DNA of 64,000 bases from Octopus vulgaris (lineage: Eukaryota). This document shows positions 52,711 to 64,000 of this stretch, piece after piece. Location of the stretch: contig OX597820.1 in NCBI GenBank assembly GCA_951406725.2, positions 23,002,001-23,066,000 on the forward strand, in the 5' to 3' direction. Within the stretch, counting starts at the first letter, position 1; the number at the start of each line of letters is the position of its first letter. Both the position numbers and the translations under genes were made by a program. The notes beneath the pieces were generated by a model. That model saw only the letters and a list, made by a program, of their open reading frames with translations, was not told the origin of the DNA and did no database searches.

Positions 52711-54079
52711 CATTGCATTATATTAATTAAAAGAAATTCAAAGAATACTCTGAAATAAAAAAAAAAAATCATTACTGGGAGTAAGTTGATGCTTGTTAAC
52801 TGTAAGAAATATGATAAACGGAAGCTTGACCTAAAAATAAATGGGAGTAGAGAAGTCCCCAAAGATCACTTTTTTTACACAACTTTTGAAACATTTTGAT
52901 GGCAAAAACCGTTTGGCTCTTTTCATTCTTAACTAAGCTTAAGGACCACATACATGAGCCCACCAAAATGGAGAATAAAGTGTTGAAAATTCATCAAATT
53001 GAGTGACTATAACTGCAACATGGCAATGCTTAAGTGAAGACTTAATCTAGGAAACAAGAGCCACTCTACCAAAATGACTGAAGCATCAAAATATTCCAAG
53101 CATTAGAAAGCTGATAAGTTTTGTTGTAAACCATCTCACTAACACACATCAGATGCTGAGAGATCAAGGTTTGGAGACTTGAAAATATTAGCATATGCAT
53201 GTGAAGCCTAGAGTACAGCCAGCAGTCACTCATGAGTGAGTATGGCTCACTTGCTTTTACTATGCTTTTTTTTTTTTAACTGTTTTAGATACATATGTAG
53301 TCTCAAGCAGACATACACCTTCCTGTCTTTGACCCAGTCGAATATCCAACACATAGCAGCTGGAGAATGAGTAGTCTGCACCAACACATGCCTAGTACAC
53401 ATTACAACAGAGTAGACTGGAGCAATGTAAAACAAAGGGTACACAATACACCACCCAATCCAAGAATTGAACTCGTGATCTAATGCTCATCAGCCAAACA
53501 CCCTAACCACTAGACTATCGACCTTCGCTGTAAAAACTATACATATTTCATTTCCCATTACCTCCCAAACTTTGTAATATACTACTTCAGTGATACAAAG
53601 TCGGGTTAGCAACAGGGAGGGCACCCAGCTTTAAAAACAATGCTTCAGTACATATTGGTCGTGCCTATGCTAAAATGGGAAGAAAAAATTGGACATAAAA
53701 CAATGGACAAATCTCAACATTAATTATTCAGGTTGCTTCAATATTATAAGTTTGTTCCATTAATATTTATATTTCCTGTTCAGGAAGTTGACACATTGCA
53801 AGCCATTCCTAATGCAAGTAATTAGTAACCTATTGAAGAAGCTCTGACCCAACCCAGCATTGAAGGATTTATGAAGTTATTCAGTTTGCTAGATTTGGGA
53901 GCCAATTCTTTCTCATTCCCTACCATCTTAGGTAAAGGATACATTTGACAATTTAGTCTTGAATATACAAAATTGACAGGAGAGTCTCAGTTAGAATATC
54001 TTTGAGCATGGCTTATTCAATCAGAGATGAGTTGAGACTTAACTACAACATTATTATCATGGTCAAGTATGACCTTCGA

Positions 54080-54610
54080 ATGTTGGGCCTCACAGAGGCA
54101 ATGATAAAAGACCGAGACCTCTGTAGATATGCTGTGACTGTGAAGACCCGACAAATGAAGTGAATTCATGGCTCACAGGACGGCCTGCTGTGCTTACTGT
54201 GGATCGTAGGGCAACCTGCTGTGCTTGAGAAGACCTGTTGAGTCAAGTACATCAACTTCAAAATAAAAATCAAATGGAAATTGCAGTTATGATACCCGTG
54301 CTGGTGGCACATAAAAAACACCATCCTAACCTGGTCAATGCCAGCACCGCCTTGACTGGTGTCTGTGCTGGTGACATGTAAAAAGCACCAACTGATCGTG
54401 GACATTGCCAGCCTCCTCTGGCCCCTGTGCTGGTGGCACGTAAAAAGCACCCACTACACTCACGGAGTGATTGGCATTAGGAAGGGCATCCAGCTGTAGA
54501 AACACTGCCAGATCTGACTGGAGCCTGGTGCAGCCTCCTTGCTTCCTAGTCCCCGGTTGAACTCTCCAACCCATGCTAGCATGGAAAACGGACATTAAAC
54601 GATGATGATA
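54080..54610 (+). mobile_element. 5'-truncated RTE 3' end
   Basis: TTGGGCCTCACAGAGGCAATG (ORF end) through the 3'UTR to CGGACATTAAAC(GAT)n. Confidence 0.8.
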
Positions 54611-54637
54611 ATCATCATCATCATTATTATTATTATT

Positions 54638-55005
54638 AAGGTGGCGAGCTGGCAGAATCATTAGCACGCCAGGCAAATTACTTAGCAGTATTTTGTCTGC
54701 CACTACGTTCTAAGTTCAAATAAGTACCAGTCAAATACTGGGGTCGATGTAATCAACTATCCCCCTCCCCACATATTCCAGGCCTTGTACCTATAATAAA
54801 AAGGATTATTATTAAGGTGGCGAGCTGGCAGAATCATTAGCCTGCCAGGTAAAATGCTTACATTCTAAGTTCAAATTCTGCCTAGGTCAATTTCTTCTTT
54901 CATCCTTTCAGGGTCATTGAAATAAGTCCTAGTTACGCACTGGGGTCGATGTAATCGACTTACCCCCTCCTCAAAATTTCAGATTTTGTGCCTATAGTAG
55001 AAAGG
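54638..55005 (+). mobile_element. Two tandem copies of SINE family 4 with a Deu/Nin-like core and (ATT)n tails
   Basis: Heads AAGGTGGCGAGCTGGCAGAATCATTAGC at 54638 and 54813; core TTTCATCCTTTCAGGGTC..AAATAAGT. Relatives at 10360-10502 (+) and ~33960-34158 (-). Confidence 0.7.
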
Positions 55006-55849
55006 ATTATTATTATTATTATCATTATTATTATTATTAATTAGACAGTAACAAAAATAGCTGTACTGGACTAAATCATTTTACAATATCTAGTTTTCTT
55101 ATTTTTAATTCGAATCCCACTAAAGTCAACCTTATCTTTTATTCTACTGAATCAGTAAAATAGTAGCAGTCAAACCCAAGGGTCAATGCAACCAACTGTT
55201 CCCCACAAAAAATACAGGTGCCCATGAGCCTGAGTTTGAAACCCTCATTATTTTTATCAATAATTATGTCACTGAGTACTGAGGTCAGCAGGCTTCTTAG
55301 TGTAATAATATTGGCAATTTCCATCCAGAGATTAATTCTCACAAGCAAAAGCCTATTTTTTGCCTGGAATATGAAACTGAGTTGGACTTTGGTCCACCCT
55401 CTGTGTTGTGTGCAAAAGGAGACAATTAGCCACTGCTGTTTTGGGTGCTGTGGCATGGCCAACTGGACATTCAACTTGTTTTGGTAAAAGTTCATTTTGG
55501 CACTGGAGGTAAAATTGCATTTATGCACACAAATATACCCCTACAGATAGAGAGAAGGAGAGAAAGACATTACACATGCAAACATAATTAGATCTTCACA
55601 CACATAGAGACAGACAGACAGACAGACATTAGACATAAACATGAACATAATTAGATGTTCACACATAAACTGAGTAGGGGAGAGAATGAGAGAAACATTA
55701 AAACATCTGATGTCAAATAAGTCAGCAGCACCCAAAATAGCTTTGCCAAAATGTCTCATACCTACTGTGAGACACATGGTAGCCATCATCCCCTAGTGTG
55801 TCCAATCTGCCACAGTTTTACTACTGTTATCCAACTGATCCTTATACAT

Positions 55850-56329
55850 TTAACCCTTTCATTACTGTATTTATTTTGAGTTGCTCTGTATTTCTTTCAA
55901 TTACTTTAAATATAACAAAGAATTTAGTAAAATAACTTCGTTATCATTAAGATAGTGTTAGGAACATAAATTGTGATTAAGGTTTGGTGGAAGATTTTAA
56001 TTCAAAATTTATGAAAACAAGACATTTGTACTCAGAGCCAGAGGTGATTTCAGCCAGGTTTTGTTACAAAAGGGTTAAGAATTGTTTCTCTTTTATATAT
56101 TTTAACCCTTTTGTTACTGCATTTCTGTTGAGATGCTCTGTGTATATTCAACTAATCTGAAATATAACAAAGAATTTAGTAAAATAACTTAGTTTTCATT
56201 AAGCTGGTGTTAGGAACATAAACTGTGACTAAGGTTTGGTGGGAGACTTTAATTCAAAACTTATGAAAACAAGACATTTGTACTCAGAGCCAGAGCCAGC
56301 TTCAGCCAGGTTGGTGATGAAAGGGTTAA
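55850..56329 (+). mobile_element. Two adjacent piggyBac-type MITE family B copies (55850-56078 and 56102-56329)
   Basis: Each is bounded by TTAA-CCCTTT ... AAAGGG-TTAA, ~225 bp, same orientation. Confidence 0.85.
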
Positions 56330-56419
56330 GGTCTTCCAGGATTGTTCCTTTTTGTTTTCTTTGTAATAGTCTCTCTGTCATTTGCAGTTTTTGTAAGCTG
56401 ATACAAAATATTACCTGCC

Positions 56420-56910
56420 AGGTGAAGTGGATGGAGGAGACTGGAGAAGTACAATGGACAGAAATGGAAAGGCTTTGGGATTTGGCCTTTTTCAATGACA
56501 TTGCACTCCTGACAAAAACAAGAGCTGGTCTACAAGAACTATCAAGCTCAAAGAATAACCAGGAAAAAAAATTAAGCTTGGAATTAACTGTGAAAAGACC
56601 AAGACGATACTGATTACTACAGCAACCTAACCTTCCATCTTTGTCAGACAGCAAGTTGTGTGGAAGATGTGAACAATTTCTCCTTTCTCCTATCTTGGCA
56701 ACGTTATCTGCAGTGATGGAAGTATAGATAGTGATGCAAACAGTAGAATTGGCAAAGCAGAAGCTGTATACTCCAGCATGTTTGACCTAAACTGAGCAAC
56801 AACATGCATCAGTACCAACGTGATTTGGCTATATAGTGCAGTATGAATGTGAGAAGCATTAACAATATCTCCAAAACACATGATAGCTGAGTCAAATTTG
56901 TAGGAAATTT
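56420..56910 (+). mobile_element. Degraded RTE-type reverse-transcriptase fragment
   Basis: VQWTEMERLWDLAFFNDIALL (DLDFADDIALL-like) and, after frameshifts, VEDVNNFSYLGNVICSDGSIDSDANSRIGKA. Confidence 0.85.
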
Positions 56911-57091
56911 CAACAAGCTCAGTCACTGTGGGAAGCAAAGGATCTAATTTTTTTTTTGAGCCCTTGCCTTTTACCTAAGAATAAGAAGATAAATGGTGTT
57001 GATTGATGCTTTGCTTATTAGCTAGTAAAATTTAGTGTATGGTGGTGTTCATTATTCTTTTATTTAAAATTATAATTATTATGCCCTAAAC

Positions 57092-57420
57092 AGGCGCAGG
57101 AGTGGCTGTGTGGTAAGTAGCTTGCTTACCAACCACATGGTTCCAGGTTCAATCCCACTGTGTGGCACCTTGGGCAACTGAAAAGAAGCCCGTCGTATAT
57201 ATGTATATGTGTTTGTATGTCTGTGTTTGTTCTCCCCAACATAGCTTGACAACTGATGCTCGTGTGTTTATGTCCCCATAACTTAGCGGTTCGGCAAAAG
57301 AGACCGATAGAATAAGAACTAGGCTTACAAAGAATAAGTCGTGGGGTTGATTTTCTCAACTAAAGGTGGTGCTCCAGCATGGCCACAGTCAAATGACTGA
57401 AACAAGTAACAGTAAAAGAG
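57092..57420 (+). mobile_element. tRNA-derived SINE, family 1 (internal deletion)
   Basis: Head AGGCGCAGGAGTGGCTGTGTGGTAAG...GGTTCAATCCC; tail ACAAGTAACAGTAAAAGAG. Confidence 0.85.
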
Positions 57421-60253
57421 AACCACTGAGTTAGAGTTAGAATTTTGTGTTGAAGCTATATTACTTCTTTTGATTCCTAATTGCCTTCAAACAGATCAAA
57501 AACATCAGAGCTTAGAATTAAAATTCATTTCTTACATGCCAACTATTCCACCTCAATAGATTCATGGGTGAACATTGCTTTTCACCCTTTCGAGGTCAAT
57601 GAAATGAAGTATCTATCAAGTACTGGGTATTCAACTTTATCAATTAATACCTTCTCCAGAAATCTGTGGTCATGTGTTAATGATAAGGAATAATATTATT
57701 CATAGGTTCTAAACTATTTTATCCAGCAAGTTAATTCTTCACACGCATTAACTGTTAGTAGGATTAATATCTTAACTTTTTTATCAGTAAATAGAAATTT
57801 CAAAATTCCAGTTTTTTAAACTTTGCTTTTTAACTCCTGTCAAAATCGTAATACATTTCAACTTTTATATTTTTTTTTTATTTCTTTTGTTAATTTATTA
57901 AAGAAAATATTTTTTTCTTATAGAAATAAAAATCTAGTTTTCATATCTAAAGCTAAATTGCTGACTAAGTGAAATGTGAAGAAATACAATCTTATATAAA
58001 TACTCTCTCTACATGAACTTCCAATATTTTAAATATTTGTACTAAGATTTTTAATTTTCTATATATTAAACTCAAGTTTTTTTTATACATATATGACTGA
58101 TTTCAGCTGATAAATGTTAAAAAAAAAGAAATTTACAAAAAAGTTACTCTTGTTTCTCAGTTTCAAAAATTACAGTTATTTGTATATAAAATATATTTAT
58201 CAACAAGATTTCTTACACTATTTGTAGTTTTAGATTTTTTTTTTTTGTCATTCTGAGATACCCTTTTCAATTATAAAAACAAAAAAAAACTGTTTATTAT
58301 TTTTCTGATATTTCATATGGCCACATCTCCCTCTCACTCATACTCCCTCTCTCTCCTTCACCCTTTTATTTTTTCCCTTCCTACTGTTCCTCTCTCTTGC
58401 TATATATTCTTTCCTTCTGCTTTCTTTACTTATTTTTTTCCCTCTTCTCCTCCCTTCCCATAATGACAATCAAGAAGGGTATTAAGAAGTTATATTCACA
58501 AATATTCCACTTAACCATGTAATATACAAATGCCTCTCATTCTCTTAGTTCATTCTGAAATAAAGACTGCAATCACTATAAGTATTATATATGTCTGTTC
58601 AAGACATTTGCATTTCACTGCAACTGCACCTCATATTAATTTTAAATTCCTCGTCTTTAAAAGTAGGCCCTTTTTTTTTTTTTGGTGTGGAGGGGAATAA
58701 TTGTATTGACTTTTGTCTTTTATAGATTTTATTTCTTTGCTTTTAAATGCTTCTCATGTTAAATATATTAACACTTAGCTATTGTTTTTTATGCAGAAGG
58801 CATCTCTGAGTTATTTAGTCTCTAAACATTTTTTTTTTTGTTCATGCCAGCCAGTGTACAATCTTATACATCTACTTAGTGGTTATTCCATTATTACTTC
58901 AGCAAATGTGAAGGTATGTGACCAAATGATTAGGGTGTTGGATTCATGATCATCAGGTTGTTGGTTCAAATCCAGGACAGGGCAGTGCATTATATCCTTG
59001 CACAAGGTACATCATTTTGTATTGCTCTGCTCTACTGTGCTGAAATGGCTACCACCTGAGAGCTGGTGCACTTCTCTCTCTCCCCCTCTGGTTGTCATAT
59101 CCCACATATTCTATCGGCTCAAAAGTGGGTTGCCAGAGAGCATGTCCATCATCATTGTTTCCATGCTGGCATGGGTGGACAGTTTGACAAGGAGCTGGCT
59201 AGCAGGGAGCTGTCCACATTCCAACTGTCTGTTGTGGCATGGTTTCTACAACAGGTGCCCTTCCTAACATCAACCACTTTAGTGTGCTGGCTGCTTTTTG
59301 TGTGCCACCAGTTCAGGTGCATTTACGTAGCACCAACGTAGGTGCTTTTTAAGTGGCACCAACATCTGAAAGGACAAGCCTGTATGTGTGGAAGACAGCG
59401 GTTTTACTTGGCTTGACCTGTCTTATCAAGTACAGCAAATCACCACATTTTCCATTCCCTTGTCATTTCCTCAATAACAACCAGCATCTGAAGATCCTTT
59501 CTCACTACTTCATGCCACGTCTTCCTGGGTCTACCCTTTCCACAGGTACCCTCCACAATTAGAGCTCAGCACTCCATGTCTGTTGATAACACATAGGCAA
59601 CTGTAAAAGCTAGAAACAAGGTACCATGCTACCGAGTTATTCACCTTTGTATAACTTAAGGGTACACCCTGTCACATCTTACTACCATCTCTCTTTTTCC
59701 AACTAGAGTAACCACGTATCTTCCCTTCAGCAAAATACCTGTTCCTGTACTTCTGTCATACTTAAACTTCATCTCCCTCATTGTTACACCTCCCTTCAGT
59801 TTTGGGGTTTTGACTTGCAAATTACTTAGCAACCTCACTGATGCCGGTGCTACATAGAAAGCACTCAGTGCTCTCTGTAAAGTGGTTGGTTTTAGGAAGG
59901 ACATCCAGCCATAGAAACCATTTCAAAGCAAGCAAAGGAGCTTGGTGCAGTTCTCTGGCTCACCAGCTCCAACCCATGTCAGCATGGAAGACATGTTAAA
60001 TGATGATAATGATGATAACGATAAGTGATGGCAGTGATTCTATCACTTCAGTAAACACAGTGAAGTTTACACTCTGCTAAGGATGTCATAATTTAATTGA
60101 AACATGTTAACAGTTGTCTCCCATATCTCCCAAAATAAAATAATATTAGTCATTGATTGAAGTTTGTTTGTTTGTTTTTTCCTACTGCATCGTTATTTCT
60201 AGTTTTTTTAACACCCTCTGTATTAAATATATTAACTTAGCTATTATGTACAT

Positions 60254-60381
60254 CAGTGGTCTGTAAAGATAGTTCTGGGGGTCTGTGCACATATTAAACT
60301 GACAAACCTTTCAATATCCTTAGGTCTGTGAGAAAACTCATTTAAATGAAAGATTGGTAGTGAAAAATTTGGGAACCACTG
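60254..60381. mobile_element. Short hAT MITE (128 bp)
   Basis: CAGTGGT ... ACCACTG termini with a perfect 8-bp TSD ATGTACAT on both sides. Confidence 0.8.
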
Positions 60382-61630
60382 ATGTACATGTATGCTAAGT
60401 ATACCACAAATATATATTTTTGCATATTCTGCATATAATTCTTTTTTTTTTTTTTTTACCAAATCTTAAATCCAATTTTTGATTCTTCAGCTGTATTTGA
60501 AATAGAATTTTTAACTCAATCTAAAAAAGTGAAAAATATGTCACAGGCAGTTTAGAGTTTAATTCTCAGACCAGAGGAAATCAGATATGCCCTAAGCCAT
60601 CAGATTAGTCTGGCTAATGTGTGTGTGTGTATGTGTGTTTTCTTTTCTAATAATGTTTGTATACTGGTCCTCAATCTTTTCTATTTCACTGCCCTCTTTG
60701 ACTGGATGGCATTTTAAACTTCTTCCTTCTACTTTGCCAGAAAAAAAAACCTAAAAACTACTGCAGACTATTTTAATCAAATAGAAACTGATTTCATACT
60801 GTGATTTATGGTCCGTATTTTCTTATATAATCTCCCTGTAGTATATATGTGTCTCATTTTACATATTTGTGTTGATTTATGGCATTAAATTTTCCTCATT
60901 ATCATCCACTTTTCCATGCTTACATGGGTCAGGTGGTTTATTGAGGTAAATTTTTCCACAGCTGGATGCCCTCCTTATTGCCAACCCTCACCTATTTCCA
61001 AGCAAGGCAATATTTTCCTATGGCCAGGTATGTTTTTCGCATAAGACTGGAAATGAACGACACTGCTTGTATGACAGTGATATTTATTTACAGCAATCAC
61101 ATAATATCAAAACAAGGACACACACACACAAATCCATCCAGCCACACATGCATGCATGCACATATTGATCAGCCTTCTTTCAGTTTCTGCCTACCAATCC
61201 CAGGATTTTTTTTTTATCTTGGACTTATTCCATCGGTGTTTTTTGCCAAACCATTTAGTTACATGGAAGTAAACAAACCAATACTGGTTATCAAGTGGTG
61301 GTGGGAGACAAACACACACACACACATACATATATATATATGTATGTGATAGGCCGTTTTCAGTTTCTGCCTACAAAATCCACTAACAAGGCTTTGGTTG
61401 GTCTGGGGTTATAGTAGAAGATACTTGTCCAAGGTGCCTTACAGTGAGATTGTACCCAAAACCATGTGCTTGGGAGAGATGCTTCTTAACCATGCAGAAA
61501 ATATATTTTTTCAATTTTCTTCAAAAAAATTAATCATCTGTGAAAATCTTTTACAAAACCAGATTAACATAGACTTGATGGAAGACATGAAGAAAGCTAA
61601 GGTTTTTTATCAAATCTGTGGTCATATTTT

Positions 61631-62185
61631 TATTGGGTTGTCTGGAAAGTTCATGCCAATTTTTAAAGGAAAGAAAAAGGTCAATAAAGACTTGCCATTA
61701 CATTTTTAATCAACCAAATATGAACCATTTTGTAGCACAATGCATCTCCATCTTTCCTTTAACTTGAAAATACCCTCTTCCCTGAATTGAGGTGGTTTCA
61801 TGGCAAATAATTCATCAAGGTATCTTTTTACATCATCCAAGGAATTGAAATTTTTACCATTAAGACTATTCTGCAGAGACCTGAATAAGTGGAAATCTGG
61901 TGAATATGGAGGGTGGGGTAACACATCCCAGCCAAGCTGCAGCAATTTTTGTCTGGTTCCCAAAGCATCAAGTGCCAAAAATGAGCTTTCTTATCTTCCA
62001 TTTTAAAGGGTTACAGAATTAACACAGGTTATAGGAACATAAATCTTCTTCCACGAAAAGATAGCTTTAACTGTGCTCTAAATGGAGGTGTAGTCAAATC
62101 CTATTTTATGGACTCAACCATGTTCTAAAATAAGTCGAAAGGTAAGCTACTATAAATCGGCACGAACTTTCCGGACAACCCAATA
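61631..62185 (-). mobile_element. Internally deleted mariner element with both TIRs and TA target duplication
   Basis: TA-TTGGGTTGTCTGGAAAGTTCATGCCAATTT ... AAATCGGCACGAACTTTCCGGACAACCCAA-TA. The N-terminus MEDKKAHFWHLMLW (ATG at 62001) is fused to the C-terminus TRQKLLQLGWDVLPHPPYSPD-FHLFRSLQNSL...WR..V.QNG.Y. Confidence 0.93.
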
Positions 62186-63928
62186 TTTTAAGATAGTTTT
62201 TTTGAAGAATGTATTTTTTTTCTAAAATTCTACATGTACGTACATGCTTACATGCATGTGTGTACACACAATGACTGGCATTTATAGCAACAAATACTAA
62301 CAGATGTGATAATAAATGACAACCACAGAATATTTGAATTGAGCCAATAAATATTATATTAAATCTAAAAGTACATGGTATTTATAGTTTACAGTTGCAC
62401 TCAGACAACAGTGGAGTGTATGTGTGTATAAGAATGTGTGTGTGTGTGTATGTATATATATATATATATACATACACAAACACACACACACATTCACTAT
62501 ATATAGTTGCCTAGATATTTGACCATATACATACATACATTAACCATGGTCATATCTACAAATACACACACACAATCACACGGAATTATTTTTCGGTTGA
62601 CAAAGGGTATTACTGTTGAGATTTATTTATTTATTCAGTTTTACATCCCTCCTGTGTAATATATACCGTTGATGGTGTAGTTCTTGTAAACATCTTAAAC
62701 CTTAGGAATCTTTTTTTTTTCAATTCACCTCTGCCGATTTCTTCCTCGTTCTCTCCACCACCCCACACACCCCCACACACACCTATTGTTTCCTTCTATA
62801 GAATTGTGTATTTTAGTTATTTTTCACTACTAGTGTTTCTAAAAATAGCAAAACCAATTTCACAAGATTCCCAATGTGAATGTCACTTCATCCTTACAGG
62901 AACCGACTGGCTGGGTGGTGATAGGTGTTTATCGGGTATTGAAATAAAAATAATAATAATAATAATAAAGGGTAGTTTGCATACGATGATGTAATAATGA
63001 ATTTTTTTTTTAATCCCTGAAAAAAAATTAATTATACACACACACACACTCATATGTATACGTACATGCACACATCCATACATACATATATATATATGCC
63101 TGTATACTCTATCTTTTATTTATTTATGTATATTACTGTTTCTTTACTATATATATATATATTTCTATTTTTATTTTATATTTATGTGTATAATTATATA
63201 TATGCATGTATATGTGTGTCTATATAGCTAATACAGCTTTACACTTCATAAAATCTAGACCTTGTCTATTCTTTCTTTTTCCTCTTCTCTCTCTCTCTTC
63301 TCTCCTCTCCAAGAGATGGGATTTCTCTTTCTTATTTTCTTTTTTTTTTGTAATGAATTTCTTCATTTCTCCATTTGCTTGTTAGTTTGTTTATGCATTT
63401 CTTGCATTGACAATCATATGACAATTGAGCATATGTTGTGTTGATAGAAAACAATGTTTGACTGGGGGAAAGAGATAGCTGTTGTCAAGTTTGAAATGAT
63501 GTCAACCAAAAGGAACCACCAGCACCAGCACCGCCACAGCCACAGCCCTCTCCACCCCACCCCACCCCTATTCTCTACAACAGGTTCTCCTGTTCCTGAT
63601 GACACCACTGCCATCAGCCAGTAGTTAAACATGTATGTCGAAACATCTAATTACATACATGCTCACCACATGCTCCCCTCCCTGTATCAATACTTGTTGC
63701 CTCATCGCTAACCTTCCTCATTTCTTTGATTCCCTGAGTACGTATGTATGTGCTTGTCTGGGTATACATGTCTGTGTATGTATGCCTATGCAATGCCTAC
63801 ACCCCTATTACGCTCACACACATATACACGCTCACATGCATTCATATAAACTTTCTCAAAATAATTGACACACCCCTCTCTTTTTTTTCTTTTATGTCTA
63901 CCTGTTTTTCCTTTTAGTTTTATATATG

Positions 63929-63965
<37 letters not shown>

Positions 63966-64000
63966 TTTACTTTCACTTTCTTGAACAGCCAGCTTTTAGA

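Noticed and set aside
55139-55528. 129-aa and 89-aa overlapping ORFs in unique-looking sequence
   Set aside because: No recognisable domain or convincing splice signals; probably decayed TE or neutral sequence.

Overview
AT-rich, repeat-saturated animal genomic DNA, almost certainly from an octopus or other coleoid cephalopod (inferred from the SINE/RTE repeat families and the extreme TA/CA microsatellite load). The only securely recognisable host coding sequence is the first coding exon of liprin-alpha (PPFIA/syd-2; minus strand, 26625-26864), so 1-26624 is a >26.6 kb intron. About 1 kb upstream is a TE-poor, CpG-retaining region with ZNF143-, YY1- and CTCF-like motifs. A divergently oriented candidate first exon ends at a perfect CAG|GTAAGT donor (27888), suggesting a bidirectional promoter and a second, unidentified plus-strand gene whose introns fill the right half. 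The rest is tRNA-derived SINEs, 5'-truncated RTE LINE ends, CR1/Jockey-like and RTE RT remnants, two mariner relics, piggyBac-type (TTAA) and hAT-type (8-bp TSD) MITEs, a CpG-decayed 5S rRNA copy and an ~8 kb micro/minisatellite field. The most interesting signals are a microsatellite-embedded inverted element carrying two minimal hammerhead-ribozyme motifs (Penelope-like), a ~240-bp-armed foldback in the liprin intron (possible ADAR substrate) and a perfect 22-bp hairpin (possible miRNA precursor). All calls were made by eye; nothing was searched or folded computationally.
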